DNA of 64,000 nucleotides from an uncultured Chlamydiales bacterium (GCA_963699155.1 OY969414.1:2335327-2399326), one strand, 5' to 3'; positions 10,117 to 20,168 are shown, numbered from the stretch's first letter. The notes: generated by a model not told the origin, from the letters alone. A program made the numbers and translations.

Positions 10117-11274
10117 TCAACTTCTTCGCTTGAGAAGGGCAATATTCTCTATATGGGGAGTATGGGGGAACTGATCGATCGGCTGGAGGGCGAGGATCTG
10201 GTAGCCGAGCGCGCTGCAATCGGCAGCTTGAGAGATAGGGTTACAGGAAATGTAGATGATTTTTTCCGGTTTGAGCCTATGGAGTTCGGCTATGGTTTTA
10301 GCCCCGAGACCTACGCGTGGGGGGTCTACAATGACGGTGGTGGGCTGAAAAGAGGATTCTGACAAAGTATGGCCAACATCTCCCAAAAAAAGCTCCATGT
10401 TGGAAACTTGATTGAGGATGAGATTAGCGCGTGCATCTTCCACCGCCTCGGGGACAATTTCGATTCCCTTGACGCATGAGACATACGATGAGGCAAAGAT
10501 CCCTAAAGAACCTGTCCCACAATAGAGGTCGAGAAGCTCATCCTGCTGATGAAGATCGGCGAGCGCAATCGCCTCTTGATAAATTCTCTCAGCCTGCAGG
10601 GTATTGGGCTGAAAAAAGGAGGCGGCACGGATGCGAAAGCGGTAGCTGGTGCCATCTGCACCATGCAAAATCTCGAAAATATGGTCTCGCCCTTTGAGAA
10701 TCTGCTCTTGAAAGTGGGTGGGCTTCTTCTTTTGGACAATCTGCTTTCTCCAAATGACCGCATCAAAGTCGGCGAAGAGATCGACAAAAGTTGTCAAAAA
10801 ATGCTCCTCAATAAGCTCTTCAGAGGTGGTGAGCAGAGCCATCCTTTCACCTGTACGCCTCCCCTCCCTCAATGTTAAAGTACGCAGGTTGCCCTGGTTC
10901 AAAGGAGGGTTGTAGGCCGATAAAGGTGTCCCTCTCCACCAATCGCGGACTTGGCATAAGGTCTCTGCAAACCACTCATTCGTGAGATAGCATTCGGAGA
11001 GATTTTCTACCCTCCCCCTACTTTTCATCAGCCCCAAGAATTTCTCTCCACTGCGTGCCTGTGAGAAGGAAAACTCCATTTTATTTCTGTAGCGCCAGGG
11101 GGGATCACAAGCGATCACTTTTTCTGCCGCTATTCCAAAGCAGCCACTGACAAAATCTCTTTTCTGGCTCAGCTGCTCGTCATAGGGGATATGTTGGAAT
11201 TTACAGCCACCACAGAGCCGGAAGTGGCTACATTGGGGCTCGATCAACTGTTCGGACAATATGGCTAACTGCAT
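10117..11274 (-). CDS. rlmD: 23S rRNA (uracil-5)-methyltransferase, RlmD/TrmA family
   Basis: CSHFRLCGGCKFQ Fe-S motif, SFFQPN, LDLYCGTG, VDPPRVG, YISCNP, DQFPHTPHIE. Confidence 0.92.
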   Translation of the reverse strand: MQLAILSEQLIEPQCSHFRLCGGCKFQHIPYDEQLSQKRDFVSGCFGIAAEKVIACDPPWRYRNKMEFSFSQARSGEKFLGLMKSRGRVENLSECYLTNEWFAETLCQVRDWWRGTPLSAYNPPLNQGNLRTLTLREGRRTGERMALLTTSEELIEEHFLTTFVDLFADFDAVIWRKQIVQKKKPTHFQEQILKGRDHIFEILHGADGTSYRFRIRAASFFQPNTLQAERIYQEAIALADLHQQDELLDLYCGTGSLGIFASSYVSCVKGIEIVPEAVEDARANLILNQVSNMELFLGDVGHTLSESSFQPTTVIVDPPRVGLGAKTIAELHRLKPEKIIYISCNPISQAADCSALGYQILALQPIDQFPHTPHIENIALLKRRS

Positions 11275-11291
11275 AATTGCATTGATGCGTC

Positions 11292-11324
11292 AAAAAAAAA
11301 GGGAGGCTAAATAATGCCTCCCTT
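11292..11324 (-). terminator. intrinsic terminator after hctA
   Basis: aagggaggc/gcctccctt stem followed by a 9-U tract on the minus strand. Confidence 0.75.
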
Positions 11325-11343
11325 CGATTTGCCGAAGAAGAAA

Positions 11344-11709
11344 TTATCTCTTCTTGCGCTTGGGCAACTTAGCGGTGGCTCTTTTTTTGGGAGCAGGCGC
11401 TTTAGCAGAAGGGATTCTTTTTACTGCTACAGGTGTGGGTCTCTTTGAGGGAGCAGACATTGACGCTTTTCTCAAAGTAGCTTTTGGAGCAGGCTTTTTC
11501 TTAGCTTGCTCTTTGGCTTTCTTCATGAAGCCATTTTTATCCGCTTTGATCGACTCTTTGCGATAAAGCTTAGCAGCTTTTTCCAATCGGATTGTGCCTG
11601 TGCGCACGCGCTGAGCAGCGGCTTTATTTCCTGCCTCTGCTTTATCTAAATCACCCTGAAGGGTATCCAAAAGGGATTTCAAGCTTTTACAAGTATCTTT
11701 AATAGCCAT
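11344..11709 (-). CDS. hctA: histone H1-like protein Hc1
   Basis: MAIKDTCK...KAEAGNKAAAQRVRTGTIRLEKAAKLYRKESIKA plus Lys/Ala/Pro tail; RBS gaggagg; synteny. Confidence 0.93.
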   Translation of the reverse strand: MAIKDTCKSLKSLLDTLQGDLDKAEAGNKAAAQRVRTGTIRLEKAAKLYRKESIKADKNGFMKKAKEQAKKKPAPKATLRKASMSAPSKRPTPVAVKRIPSAKAPAPKKRATAKLPKRKKR

Positions 11710-11773
11710 ACCGAATTTTCCTCCTCGTTTATTGGCTGTTTTTATTCGAATCTCATGTTTATGATGTAAGACT

Positions 11774-14734
11774 ATGCGAGCACCACATTTTCTTCTATTG
11801 ATTCTTTTTGTTTTCTCCACTTCCTTCTTTTGGGAAGATGAAGAAAAGCAGCTCCGCCAACTCTTACAGGCGGGTGAGACAGCATTGCAAAAAAAAGAAT
11901 TTGAAGCAGCAAAAAAAGCTTTCGAAGAGCTTTTTGGACGGATTGGGATCAGTTCTTCCCAAAAATTTCAGGTCGACTGGAGAACCTATATTGACGTCGC
12001 TAACCGTCTTGCCACAATCTACGAGGCTTTGGATGAAAAAGAGGAGGCCAAACGCGTCTTATCTCTCATCTTAGCAAAGAACCCTCCTAAGGAGCTCTCC
12101 CTGCCTCTCAAGCTGATGAGAGCGCGGTTTGCAGCCACAGGAGAAGCGCCCATCGATGCCTATCTCGAAATGAAGGGAGCGGCAGAGGGGTTACCTTTTG
12201 AAGCTTGGCCTATCCAAGAATTCACTTTTTACCAGGCGCTGGAACATACCCTCAATCGTCATTTTGATGAGCAATTACGAAAGGCGAAGCTCTATCTGGC
12301 CGCAGGAATGGTTGGTGAGGCTGTTGTATTCTACGAAGAGATCCAGGGCGCCATTGAAAACTCTGCTTACCCTAAAGTAAAAACCAAGGGTTCCCTTTTG
12401 TCTAAAATTGTGCGCTACCGCCTGGCTGAGTGCCATTTTCTGATGGCCAAATATGACCATTCGCTCAGTTATCTGTCAACAGAGGGCGGTCCCCATTCTA
12501 TCGACCGCGAGATGATCCATCTGAGCGCTCTCTGCTACCGAGAACAGAGAGAGTATGAAAAGGCAGTGGAGCTATTTCAAGCCTACACTCATCAAGGAGA
12601 TCCCCACGAGCTGGTCCACTATGATCAAGCGCTGTTTGAAATTGGCCACTACTATTTTCAAAGGGGACAAAGTGTCAAAGCAAAGCGCTATTTAGAAAAG
12701 GCAAAACGCGATGAAAAGAGCTCCCTTCTTTTGGCCAAAATTTACTTGGAGGAAAATGAGCCAAGAAAGGTCGAAGAGCTGCTGGCGCCCCTACGTGTGG
12801 CTGAAGCCTATTATTTACGGGGACAAGCTGCCTATACCCTGGGGGAATATGGAGCCGCTCGTGACGCCTTCGAACGTTCTCTCTCTACTGGAAATCAGGA
12901 AAAATGGGCTTCCGATTCTCTCTATCAACTGGGGTGGTGCTACCTTCAGCTAGCTGATGATCACCTAAAAAGTGAAGGAGCACGCCATCGCTTTTTTGAC
13001 TCAGCCGAAGAGAACTTCCACCGGCTACTCCCTACAGATTTAAATGAGGAAGCTACCCTTTCCCTCGCGGAGCTTTACCTCACTACCTTTCGCCACTTTA
13101 AAGATGAAGTGATCTTAAAAAAGATGGAAGCGTTACTGGATGCTTCCGAAGATCAATTCTCTTTAGAGAAAAAATTGGAAGCGCTTCTGCTACGTGCAGA
13201 AGCTGCTCCCTCCTATGTGGAGAAAGAAAAGATCTACAGTAAAGCCATCGCCGACCGTTTTTGGAAGTGCCCTCTCTATGGGCAAGCTTGGTATTATCGT
13301 GGGCTAAATCAATTGACAGGGGGGAACTTCGATCAGGCGATTGCCTCCTTCGAAAAGGCTTTTGGTCTGGTTGAAAAAGAGGATAGGGAGCTGGCGAAGC
13401 AGCTTTTGAAAGTAGAAGCCAGAGCCAACATCTGCCGGAACTTCCCCATCATCTCCTTGGCTCTATTAGAAAAACTTCTTTCTGAATTTGAGGAAACTCC
13501 CCACGAAAAAGAGGAAACCTTGTATCTGAAGGGATTTTTATCGGCTCAACTCAGTTCGGAAAGCTATTTTCCCATCGCTGAGGAGTCATTGAAGCAGGTG
13601 ATCGAACTCTATCCTGAAGGAAAGCATCGAGCTGAAGCCCTCTTCACTTTAGGAACACTCTATTATCGCCATGAAAATTATCCCAAAGCCTTGGAAAATC
13701 TCTCTCGTCTAGCAAGAGAGTATCCTCAAGCAATCAGAGCCCCTGAAGCCTGGTTCTGGTCGGCGGAAGCCGCTTCCCACCTGGGTCAGGATGCCTTTTC
13801 CATACGCCAACATGTCTACGAAGATTACCCTCAATCTGCTTCGGCGCCAGAAGCCTATTTCCGCCAATATGCCTATTCGCTCTATAGAGAGGGACAGCCT
13901 GAGGCTCTGCGCCATCTCAAAGAATTTGGCTCCCATTTTGCTCAGACACCTCTAGAGATTGTCATCTATTATCTCCTCGGTTTACATGAGCAAGAGGCCG
14001 AAATGGCCGCCTCTCAGTTTGAAAAAGGGTTGAGTGCATACGCCCATTATCAACAGAGTACAGCAACCCCTGACCCGCTCTATCTCAATTTTCGCTATCA
14101 AATGATTTTAGACTTAGCCGATCGCTATCTCATCCACTCATTAGAAGAGAGTGAAAAAATCCTCTGCTCACTCATTGCCGAGTTTGATCCAGAGAGTCGT
14201 CAGAACATTCTCTACCCACGCCCACTCGAGGAGGCAGAATTCAAACTAGTCCAGTGCTATCTGAAAGGTGAAAAGGTGGGTGAAGCACAAAGGCTATTGG
14301 AGCAGATGTTGCTCCATTATCGGGGTGCTGGCATCACCGAAGGGGACTTTTTTTCCCGCGTTTGGCTCGAACAGGGAAGGCTAGGGGTCCGCGAGCATGA
14401 TTATAATGCCGCCCTCAACTGCTTTGAAATCGCACTCGCCACGACAGGCTCCGAACAGATCGGTGAGCTCGATCTCACCCTCTGGTTATTAGAGAGCGAT
14501 TGTTATCGTAATCTGAAACAGTATGATCAAGCGATGCGCCTGCTCTCTAAAGTGATCAATGCAGAGAGAGCCTCCCCGTTACGCATCAAAGCCATGTACC
14601 TCAGATCAGAGCTCTATGCCCTCGAAGGACGTCATGAGCTGGCCATAAGGCAGCTGGAATCTGTGGCGAAAAAGGGGGGCGAATGGGCAATTCAGGCTAA
14701 AGACACACTTAAAAGGAATTATGGAATTGAATGA
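11774..14734 (+). CDS. exported tetratricopeptide-repeat protein (CT744-like by synteny)
   Basis: Signal peptide and many TPR motifs (AYYLRGQAAY, ALFTLGTLYY, AWFWSAEA); divergent from hctA. Confidence 0.85.
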   Translation: MRAPHFLLLILFVFSTSFFWEDEEKQLRQLLQAGETALQKKEFEAAKKAFEELFGRIGISSSQKFQVDWRTYIDVANRLATIYEALDEKEEAKRVLSLILAKNPPKELSLPLKLMRARFAATGEAPIDAYLEMKGAAEGLPFEAWPIQEFTFYQALEHTLNRHFDEQLRKAKLYLAAGMVGEAVVFYEEIQGAIENSAYPKVKTKGSLLSKIVRYRLAECHFLMAKYDHSLSYLSTEGGPHSIDREMIHLSALCYREQREYEKAVELFQAYTHQGDPHELVHYDQALFEIGHYYFQRGQSVKAKRYLEKAKRDEKSSLLLAKIYLEENEPRKVEELLAPLRVAEAYYLRGQAAYTLGEYGAARDAFERSLSTGNQEKWASDSLYQLGWCYLQLADDHLKSEGARHRFFDSAEENFHRLLPTDLNEEATLSLAELYLTTFRHFKDEVILKKMEALLDASEDQFSLEKKLEALLLRAEAAPSYVEKEKIYSKAIADRFWKCPLYGQAWYYRGLNQLTGGNFDQAIASFEKAFGLVEKEDRELAKQLLKVEARANICRNFPIISLALLEKLLSEFEETPHEKEETLYLKGFLSAQLSSESYFPIAEESLKQVIELYPEGKHRAEALFTLGTLYYRHENYPKALENLSRLAREYPQAIRAPEAWFWSAEAASHLGQDAFSIRQHVYEDYPQSASAPEAYFRQYAYSLYREGQPEALRHLKEFGSHFAQTPLEIVIYYLLGLHEQEAEMAASQFEKGLSAYAHYQQSTATPDPLYLNFRYQMILDLADRYLIHSLEESEKILCSLIAEFDPESRQNILYPRPLEEAEFKLVQCYLKGEKVGEAQRLLEQMLLHYRGAGITEGDFFSRVWLEQGRLGVREHDYNAALNCFEIALATTGSEQIGELDLTLWLLESDCYRNLKQYDQAMRLLSKVINAERASPLRIKAMYLRSELYALEGRHELAIRQLESVAKKGGEWAIQAKDTLKRNYGIE

Positions 14735-15392
14735 GTTAATTCTCGGTGCCATCTGGAAAGATTATGTCCTCCGTTACTTCACAGAGGGCAACACCGTTTT
14801 GTTGATTATTTTCGGCTGTTCGCTACTGGCGATGACCATCTTTTTTGAAAGATTGCTCCATATCCGCAAATCGGAAATCGACACCAATCGCTTCATTATT
14901 CACCTCAGAAAGGTGGTGCAGGATCAAAACATCATCGAAGGGGTGCGGGTTTGCGAAGAGACAGGAGGTGCGATCGCTCATATCGTCCGCGCCGGTCTTT
15001 TGAAACATCAACGGGACCGAGAGGAGATCATCTCCGCTATGGAGATCGCCGGTCTCAGCGAGATCGCCCATCTCGAGAAAAATGCCAAAATCTTGTCCAT
15101 CATCGCCCACATCACCCCCTTAATTGGCCTTCTAGGAACTGTTTTGGGATTCATTCAAGCCTTCTCTGAGATGAGAGCTTCAGGCCTCATGGATATTTCA
15201 ACAACGAGCGTCGGAGCTGCCATGGAATATGCCCTCGTGACAACGGCTGCCGGCCTCGTGGTCGCCATTCCCACTCTTGTAGCCTATAACTACCTAGTCA
15301 GTCGCGTGAAGGGGCTTGTGCTCGAGATGCAGATCACCTCTTCGGAAGTGGTCGACCTTTTGACCAACCGGAAAGATCCTTATGAAGTTTAA
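14721..15392 (+). CDS. MotA/TolQ/ExbB proton channel family protein
   Basis: PLIGLLGTVLGFIQAF, ALVTTAAGLVVAIP. Confidence 0.93.
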   Translation: MELNELILGAIWKDYVLRYFTEGNTVLLIIFGCSLLAMTIFFERLLHIRKSEIDTNRFIIHLRKVVQDQNIIEGVRVCEETGGAIAHIVRAGLLKHQRDREEIISAMEIAGLSEIAHLEKNAKILSIIAHITPLIGLLGTVLGFIQAFSEMRASGLMDISTTSVGAAMEYALVTTAAGLVVAIPTLVAYNYLVSRVKGLVLEMQITSSEVVDLLTNRKDPYEV

Positions 15393-15846
15393 AACCACGC
15401 TCGAGCCCTCAACGGCCCTGATCGATTTAACCCCACTCGTCGATGTCGTCTTCCTGATGCTGATCTTTTTCATCATCACTTCAGACATTCTTCCCCTCAA
15501 ATCCCTCAATATCCAAAACCCCGATCTTACACGACCCGCACCGCCGCGCACCTCCCAAATTTTGGTCGTAATGGATGCCCAAAACGTGATTTATGTAGGC
15601 AGCAAGAAAGAGATTGTCGATCTCGAATCTTTTCAAGGAAGCCTCTCCAGGGAAATCGCCAATGCGCTGGCAGCTCATCCAGGAGCCGATACCACCGTTG
15701 TCCTCAGCATCGACAAGCGCGTCGAATATGGGGTATTCTTGCGCCTCTTCTCACTCGCTCAGGAATCAGGCGCCAAGCTCAGACTTGTTTATAACGATGT
15801 TTCCGAAAAGGCCTATGCTCCGCTTCACGAAAACCTTAGCCCTTAG
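15382..15846 (+). CDS. ExbD/TolR family protein
   Basis: IDLTPLVDVVFLMLIFFII. Confidence 0.93.
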   Translation: MKFKTTLEPSTALIDLTPLVDVVFLMLIFFIITSDILPLKSLNIQNPDLTRPAPPRTSQILVVMDAQNVIYVGSKKEIVDLESFQGSLSREIANALAAHPGADTTVVLSIDKRVEYGVFLRLFSLAQESGAKLRLVYNDVSEKAYAPLHENLSP

Positions 15847-16255
15847 TTTTCGCCAACGCGAATCGCTCTTTTCCATCGACTTTTGGAAGGGACTCGGCTA
15901 TGCCGCAGCCTTCCATGTCGCCCTCTTGGCCATCTTTCGTATTGCCCACTCCCCCAATTTTGATATCCTTCCTCCCCTCCTCCCTATCGATGTCGAAATC
16001 GACCTAGGCCTCCCTGAAACCTCTGCTGAGCTACCTACAACACAGATGATGCTCTCGCCCTTCGCCACCCTCGACTTTCCCACCTCACACTTTGCAGCCC
16101 CCCCTCCCTTCTCTCACAAAATGAAAAACCCAGGGCCCGACTTTTCCGCCATCGAAAAGCTTCCCTACGAGCCTATCGCAGGCTTCGTAGAGGAAGTGGA
16201 GACGCTTCCTAAAATGACAGGGGAGGTAAATGTGACAGAGGAAAACGATGATTGA
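15815..16255 (+). CDS. hypothetical TonB/TolA-like N-anchored, Pro-rich protein (start uncertain, 15797 or 15815)
   Basis: TM with AAFHVALL (TonB-like TM His), Pro-rich body; overlaps the ExbD gene end. Confidence 0.5.
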   Translation: MLRFTKTLALSFRQRESLFSIDFWKGLGYAAAFHVALLAIFRIAHSPNFDILPPLLPIDVEIDLGLPETSAELPTTQMMLSPFATLDFPTSHFAAPPPFSHKMKNPGPDFSAIEKLPYEPIAGFVEEVETLPKMTGEVNVTEENDD

Positions 16256-16472
16256 GGTGAGCCAAACAACCCTGCTCCTCTTTTACCTCTTCTTCTTCCT
16301 CTTCTTTTGTCTAGGCGCCTGGCTCTTTTCACACTGGAAAGGACGCAAAAAGATTGCCCTCCCCCCTATCTCCCAACTCCACACTTGCGAATACTGCACC
16401 TTTCACTACCTTGCCGAAACGGGCAAAGCGATCACCCAATGCCCCCAGTGCGACTCCTACAACCAACATTAA
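16248..16472 (+). CDS. small membrane-anchored zinc-ribbon protein
   Basis: TM followed by CEYC...CPQC; overlaps the upstream stop, RBS gagga. Confidence 0.7.
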   Translation: MIEVSQTTLLLFYLFFFLFFCLGAWLFSHWKGRKKIALPPISQLHTCEYCTFHYLAETGKAITQCPQCDSYNQH

Positions 16473-16640
16473 CCTTGTAATTTTGCATTTAAAATGCAAA
16501 ATACTGAAGTTTGGACATTTCTCGAATTAATTTATCAATTGCCCGCGGATCCTTTTTCCGGCAGTGAGTAAGAAGTGGCGTAAGAGAGCTTCTAATTCTT
16601 TGCAGAAATTGCTTACAATTAGGCACGCTTTTCAATGAGC

Positions 16641-17123
16641 AAAAAAAATAACAGGATCGGCCGGCCCCAAATAAATTTGGGGCCCCCCGGCCGGCAGGAT
16701 CCCGCAAAGCGGGGCAGGATAGGATATGGTACATGCTCAGCTCACATCTCTTATTTTAAAAACCTGTTTTGATATAGCCAATGAACTTGGAGTTGGTTTT
16801 CTAGAGAACGTTTGTAAAAATGCTCTTGTTGTGGCTTTGAGAGAATCTGGCTTCAAAATCGAGATGGAAAAACCTTATCGAAATGTCCCATAGGATTGAG
16901 GATCGGCTTGCCCCCGAAGGGGAACACAAATAAAGAGCTCCCTCCCTTGAAAAAGAACAGCTTCTTCACATCATTGTCACTCATTTTTCTTTTTCAAGGG
17001 AGGGGGTTCTTTATTTGTGTGTCACTTTGTGACGCAAGCCGACCCCATCCTGCCCCGCTTGCGGGATCCTGCCGGCCGGGGGGTCCCCAAATTTATTAGG
17101 GGCCGGCCGATCCTGTTTTTTTT
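16641..17123. repeat. ~80-bp inverted repeat pair enclosing a GxxExxY remnant and a nested hairpin
   Basis: 16650-16720 aacaggatcggccggccccaaataaatttgggg..ccggccggcaggatcccgcaaagcggggcaggat is the near reverse complement of 17047-17117; nested IR ~16924-16957 / 16987-17020. Confidence 0.9.
16726..16893 (+). pseudogene. truncated GxxExxY (PD-(D/E)XK-like) protein
   Basis: MVHAQLTSLILKTCFDIANELGVGFLENVCKNALVVALRESGFKIEMEKPYRNVP*. GFLENV[C] matches the GxxExxY motif with Y to C; stops after 55 aa. Confidence 0.8.
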
Positions 17124-17213
17124 ACCCATATAAGTAGTGCTTCTTGCTCAAATGATCGTATGGAAGAGCTTGAAGCGGCCTAAGGGGCGAGAAAGGTCCA
17201 AACTTCGGTAAGC

Positions 17214-17360
17214 GGACTTGACCCGCAAATCTACTTTTGGAGAGCTGGTCAGCTCATTCCTATAGAAGTGAAAAGCAGATCCACACCGAGGCCTTTTATG
17301 GGAGAAGAGCGATTGCCTCTTGCGCCGCAAGTCGAGGCACTTCCTTTTGCTTTGCTCTAA
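17214..17360 (+). pseudogene. C-terminal remnant of an AAA_14/DUF4143 ATP-binding protein
   Basis: GLDPQIYFWRAGQLIPIEVKSRSTPRPFMGEERLPLAPQVEALPFALL*. YFWR and IPIEVK motifs are present, the EVD segment is missing, and there is no start. Confidence 0.65.
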
Positions 17361-17411
17361 ATCAGATGTAATAAGTAAAGTTTAGGACATCATTTTTTTT
17401 TGAGATGTTAT

Positions 17412-18395
17412 ATGGCAGCAACTACTGGTGTTTCACAAGGACAGGGGAAACTATTAGCTATCACCGATGCGAGTGCATTGGCAACGCATTTGGATCGAGC
17501 GGAAGGTCAGATGAATGGCTTTATTGGAGGAAAAGCGACTCTTAATCTCGAAGGGTGTAAGCAATATTTTCCATCGATCCGCGTTGCTAAACTGGCACTC
17601 ATAGCAATCGCTAGGTTACGCATGAACACGCTCAGGGAGTATAGTGGTTACCCTGTCAAAACTTTACCTAAGGAGGTCAGAGATCGACTTGAACTTATTA
17701 AGGGATATGTCGAGTCGCTTATGGAGAAAAATAAGGATCTGAGTGATACCTATATCATATTGGAAAATTGGATGGGTTCAATTCCAGCTGAAAAATGGCA
17801 ACCGACTCTCAAGGCAGTCACTCCCTTCATTCTGATGAAGAAGTCAAATCAGTCGGCAATGATCTGCTTTGAAGGCCATTTCAAATGTCAGGAGCCGCAA
17901 TTTTCTTTACTTGCCAATGGCACCATTTACAAGCCTGACAAAATCTCTACCTCTCGCATTGAATTCTCGGTTCCCATCACTGCTTCAGAAAAAACGGTTG
18001 ACCATCAGAAGGTGACCTTTGCTGTGCCATATGATACAGGAACAATTATCTCTCATGTCCGCCCATTTGAATATCAGGTCTGGTTAACGGTACTCCCCCT
18101 CACTTTTGCAACGTTGAAATGGAAAGAGAGTCAGTCAAAAGAAAAAGAGAGCACGCTCACGTGGGCTGACCCGATCACTATAGAATTTACTAGGGAGAAG
18201 GAACTCGAATCTCTCTCTTTCACCACTTTTGATGGATTGGAACACACCATTTCCAAGAATGCTTCTGAAGAAAGTAAGCGATTCGAAGGGAATCCCTACA
18301 TATCGGTTACGCGCCACAAGGATAAGGATCATTACGAAGTGAAGGTCAAAATCACTAATCAAAGCGATATCGAGATGTATTTCTTTAAGTATTGA
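17412..18395 (+). CDS. hypothetical protein
   Basis: Long ORF; no recognised motif. Confidence 0.65.
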   Translation: MAATTGVSQGQGKLLAITDASALATHLDRAEGQMNGFIGGKATLNLEGCKQYFPSIRVAKLALIAIARLRMNTLREYSGYPVKTLPKEVRDRLELIKGYVESLMEKNKDLSDTYIILENWMGSIPAEKWQPTLKAVTPFILMKKSNQSAMICFEGHFKCQEPQFSLLANGTIYKPDKISTSRIEFSVPITASEKTVDHQKVTFAVPYDTGTIISHVRPFEYQVWLTVLPLTFATLKWKESQSKEKESTLTWADPITIEFTREKELESLSFTTFDGLEHTISKNASEESKRFEGNPYISVTRHKDKDHYEVKVKITNQSDIEMYFFKY

Positions 18396-19414
18396 TAGCA
18401 AGTAGTGGCCCTTGCCTCCCAGGTGTGCGAGGCGAGGACTCTCTCTTGGCCAGCTAGAGCTCTCACTTTCCAATCGTCAAAGGAGGGAGCTTGCCAATGG
18501 CCAAATTGATAGAAATAAGCTTCTGGGAGCTCTTTGGAAAGGTAGGAGTTCTCTCCAGTATAGACAGCTGCACCACAGAGAAGGGCATAAAAGAGGCGTT
18601 CGTGGGCGCCTGCTTTGAATCGAGGCGTGCTATTGAGGACGAGCTGGCTCTCTTTCATGAGGGCGAGGGTCTCATCGAAGGGGATGGCGGGGTGGATGGG
18701 ATGCGAGGGAAGATATTTTTTCCAAGGGCCCTCACCCCAAATGTGGACAGCTTCTGGGAAAGAGCGGATCAGCTCCACACGGTCCTTACCACGGGTGTAG
18801 CGGTCCACTTCGCCATGATAGCACGGGAGATCATGGGAAGGGATGCCGAGATCGATGAGTACCTCGGCTATCGAGAGCCCTTCTGGTGATAAAACCCTTC
18901 TAGAAGCTTCTAGAAGGAGTTCTTTTTCTTGGTCAGGCCAACTTTTCGCAATCTCTTCATAATCGATGCAGCTGCCAAAGAAGACCGATTTGTAAGGTCT
19001 CTCTTTTTTAATTTCTGTGAGATGTTTTTTGTCAGCTGCATGGGGCAGGAAGGTGACACGAGGAAAGGGAAGCTTTTCGACAAAGAGGGCATCTTTTTGA
19101 TCGATGCAGGCGATGTAGCTATAGGGGCCTTGCATCTGGTGGAGAAAGTAGATCGGTGGGTCGACGAGCCAACTGAGATGGGGAATCTGCCAAAAGCTGC
19201 CAAGAGGGAGGCGTTGAAAGGAGATGTCGGCAAATGAGCAGGTCAAGTCGGGAGGGTCTTGGAGAATTTCATGCATGGCGGATGAAAAGTAGCCATCATC
19301 GATCCAGAATCTTCGTACCACGCTCCCCTGCCGCTCAAGCGCATCAGCCAACCCTCTAGCAAAGTGGAGGCCAGTGCCATATTGATTCCCTGCAGCTAGA
19401 AGATCAATTTTCAT
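18359..19414 (-). CDS. glycosyltransferase, CgeB / Glyco_trans_1_2-like
   Basis: SWLVDPP, FLPHAAD, SVFFGS, LVLNSTP..GAHERLFYALLCGA, HTWEAR. Confidence 0.85.
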   Translation of the reverse strand: MKIDLLAAGNQYGTGLHFARGLADALERQGSVVRRFWIDDGYFSSAMHEILQDPPDLTCSFADISFQRLPLGSFWQIPHLSWLVDPPIYFLHQMQGPYSYIACIDQKDALFVEKLPFPRVTFLPHAADKKHLTEIKKERPYKSVFFGSCIDYEEIAKSWPDQEKELLLEASRRVLSPEGLSIAEVLIDLGIPSHDLPCYHGEVDRYTRGKDRVELIRSFPEAVHIWGEGPWKKYLPSHPIHPAIPFDETLALMKESQLVLNSTPRFKAGAHERLFYALLCGAAVYTGENSYLSKELPEAYFYQFGHWQAPSFDDWKVRALAGQERVLASHTWEARATTCYQYLKKYISISL

Positions 19415-20168
19415 GGTAGGTAGCCAGATAGGGGAAAAAATCGGGGATTAAAGGTTCCATCAGAAAGCGAGGAATCCTGTACTGGGGGTATTCTGAAGAG
19501 GTATTGGTATCATGGATGACATGGACGACAATCCCCTTATGGTCGGGGGCTTCTAAAAGAGGGAAGTGGGCCGCTTCGACAGCCTCGTAGAAGGTGCGAT
19601 CCTCTGCAAAATCGAGGTCAGGATAGCGGCAAGGGTCAAAGAGCTCTCGACGGTAACCAAAAGAGAAGCCATATCCCTTTTTGCCCTTATTGTTCACAAG
19701 CTCCTTCTGGTTCTCCACCACCTTCCCCACTTCGATCTCCCAGATGCGGCTTCCGGTAAGCGCGTTGAGAATATACCGTTTGTCACTGAGATCGTCGGTA
19801 TCCCAGTAATAGAATTGGCGCGACTTGGTGTCGTAAGAGAACCAAGAGGAGATGGTGAAAAAGGAGACCTGCCTGAGGCGGTCGATCATCATCTGGAGAT
19901 AGGTGGGAGCATAGAAATCGTCATCATCGAAATGGACGATGATCTCCCCCCTTGCACGCTCTGCGAGACGATTTCTCTTCTCTCCGATCGAAAGGATAGC
20001 CTCGTCATGGATGTAGACGATGCGTGGGTCTGAAAAATGGGAGGGGCGCAAGCTGGTATCGTAGATCAGCCATTCCCAATCGGTATGGGTCTGCTGCTGG
20101 AGGAGCGCATAGGTACCCTGGAGATAGCGGGCCCGCTCAGAAGTAGGTGTAATGACACTCACTAACAT
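19404..20168 (-). CDS. glycosyltransferase family 2
   Basis: MLVSVITPT..R, WEWLIYD, IGEKRN, IVHFDDDDFY. Confidence 0.88.
   Translation of the reverse strand: MLVSVITPTSERARYLQGTYALLQQQTHTDWEWLIYDTSLRPSHFSDPRIVYIHDEAILSIGEKRNRLAERARGEIIVHFDDDDFYAPTYLQMMIDRLRQVSFFTISSWFSYDTKSRQFYYWDTDDLSDKRYILNALTGSRIWEIEVGKVVENQKELVNNKGKKGYGFSFGYRRELFDPCRYPDLDFAEDRTFYEAVEAAHFPLLEAPDHKGIVVHVIHDTNTSSEYPQYRIPRFLMEPLIPDFFPYLATYHEN

Noticed and set aside
16489..16734. 81-aa minus-strand ORF
   Set aside because: It starts inside the inverted repeat and has no recognisable motif. Its 3' part could be another gene remnant, but this cannot be supported.
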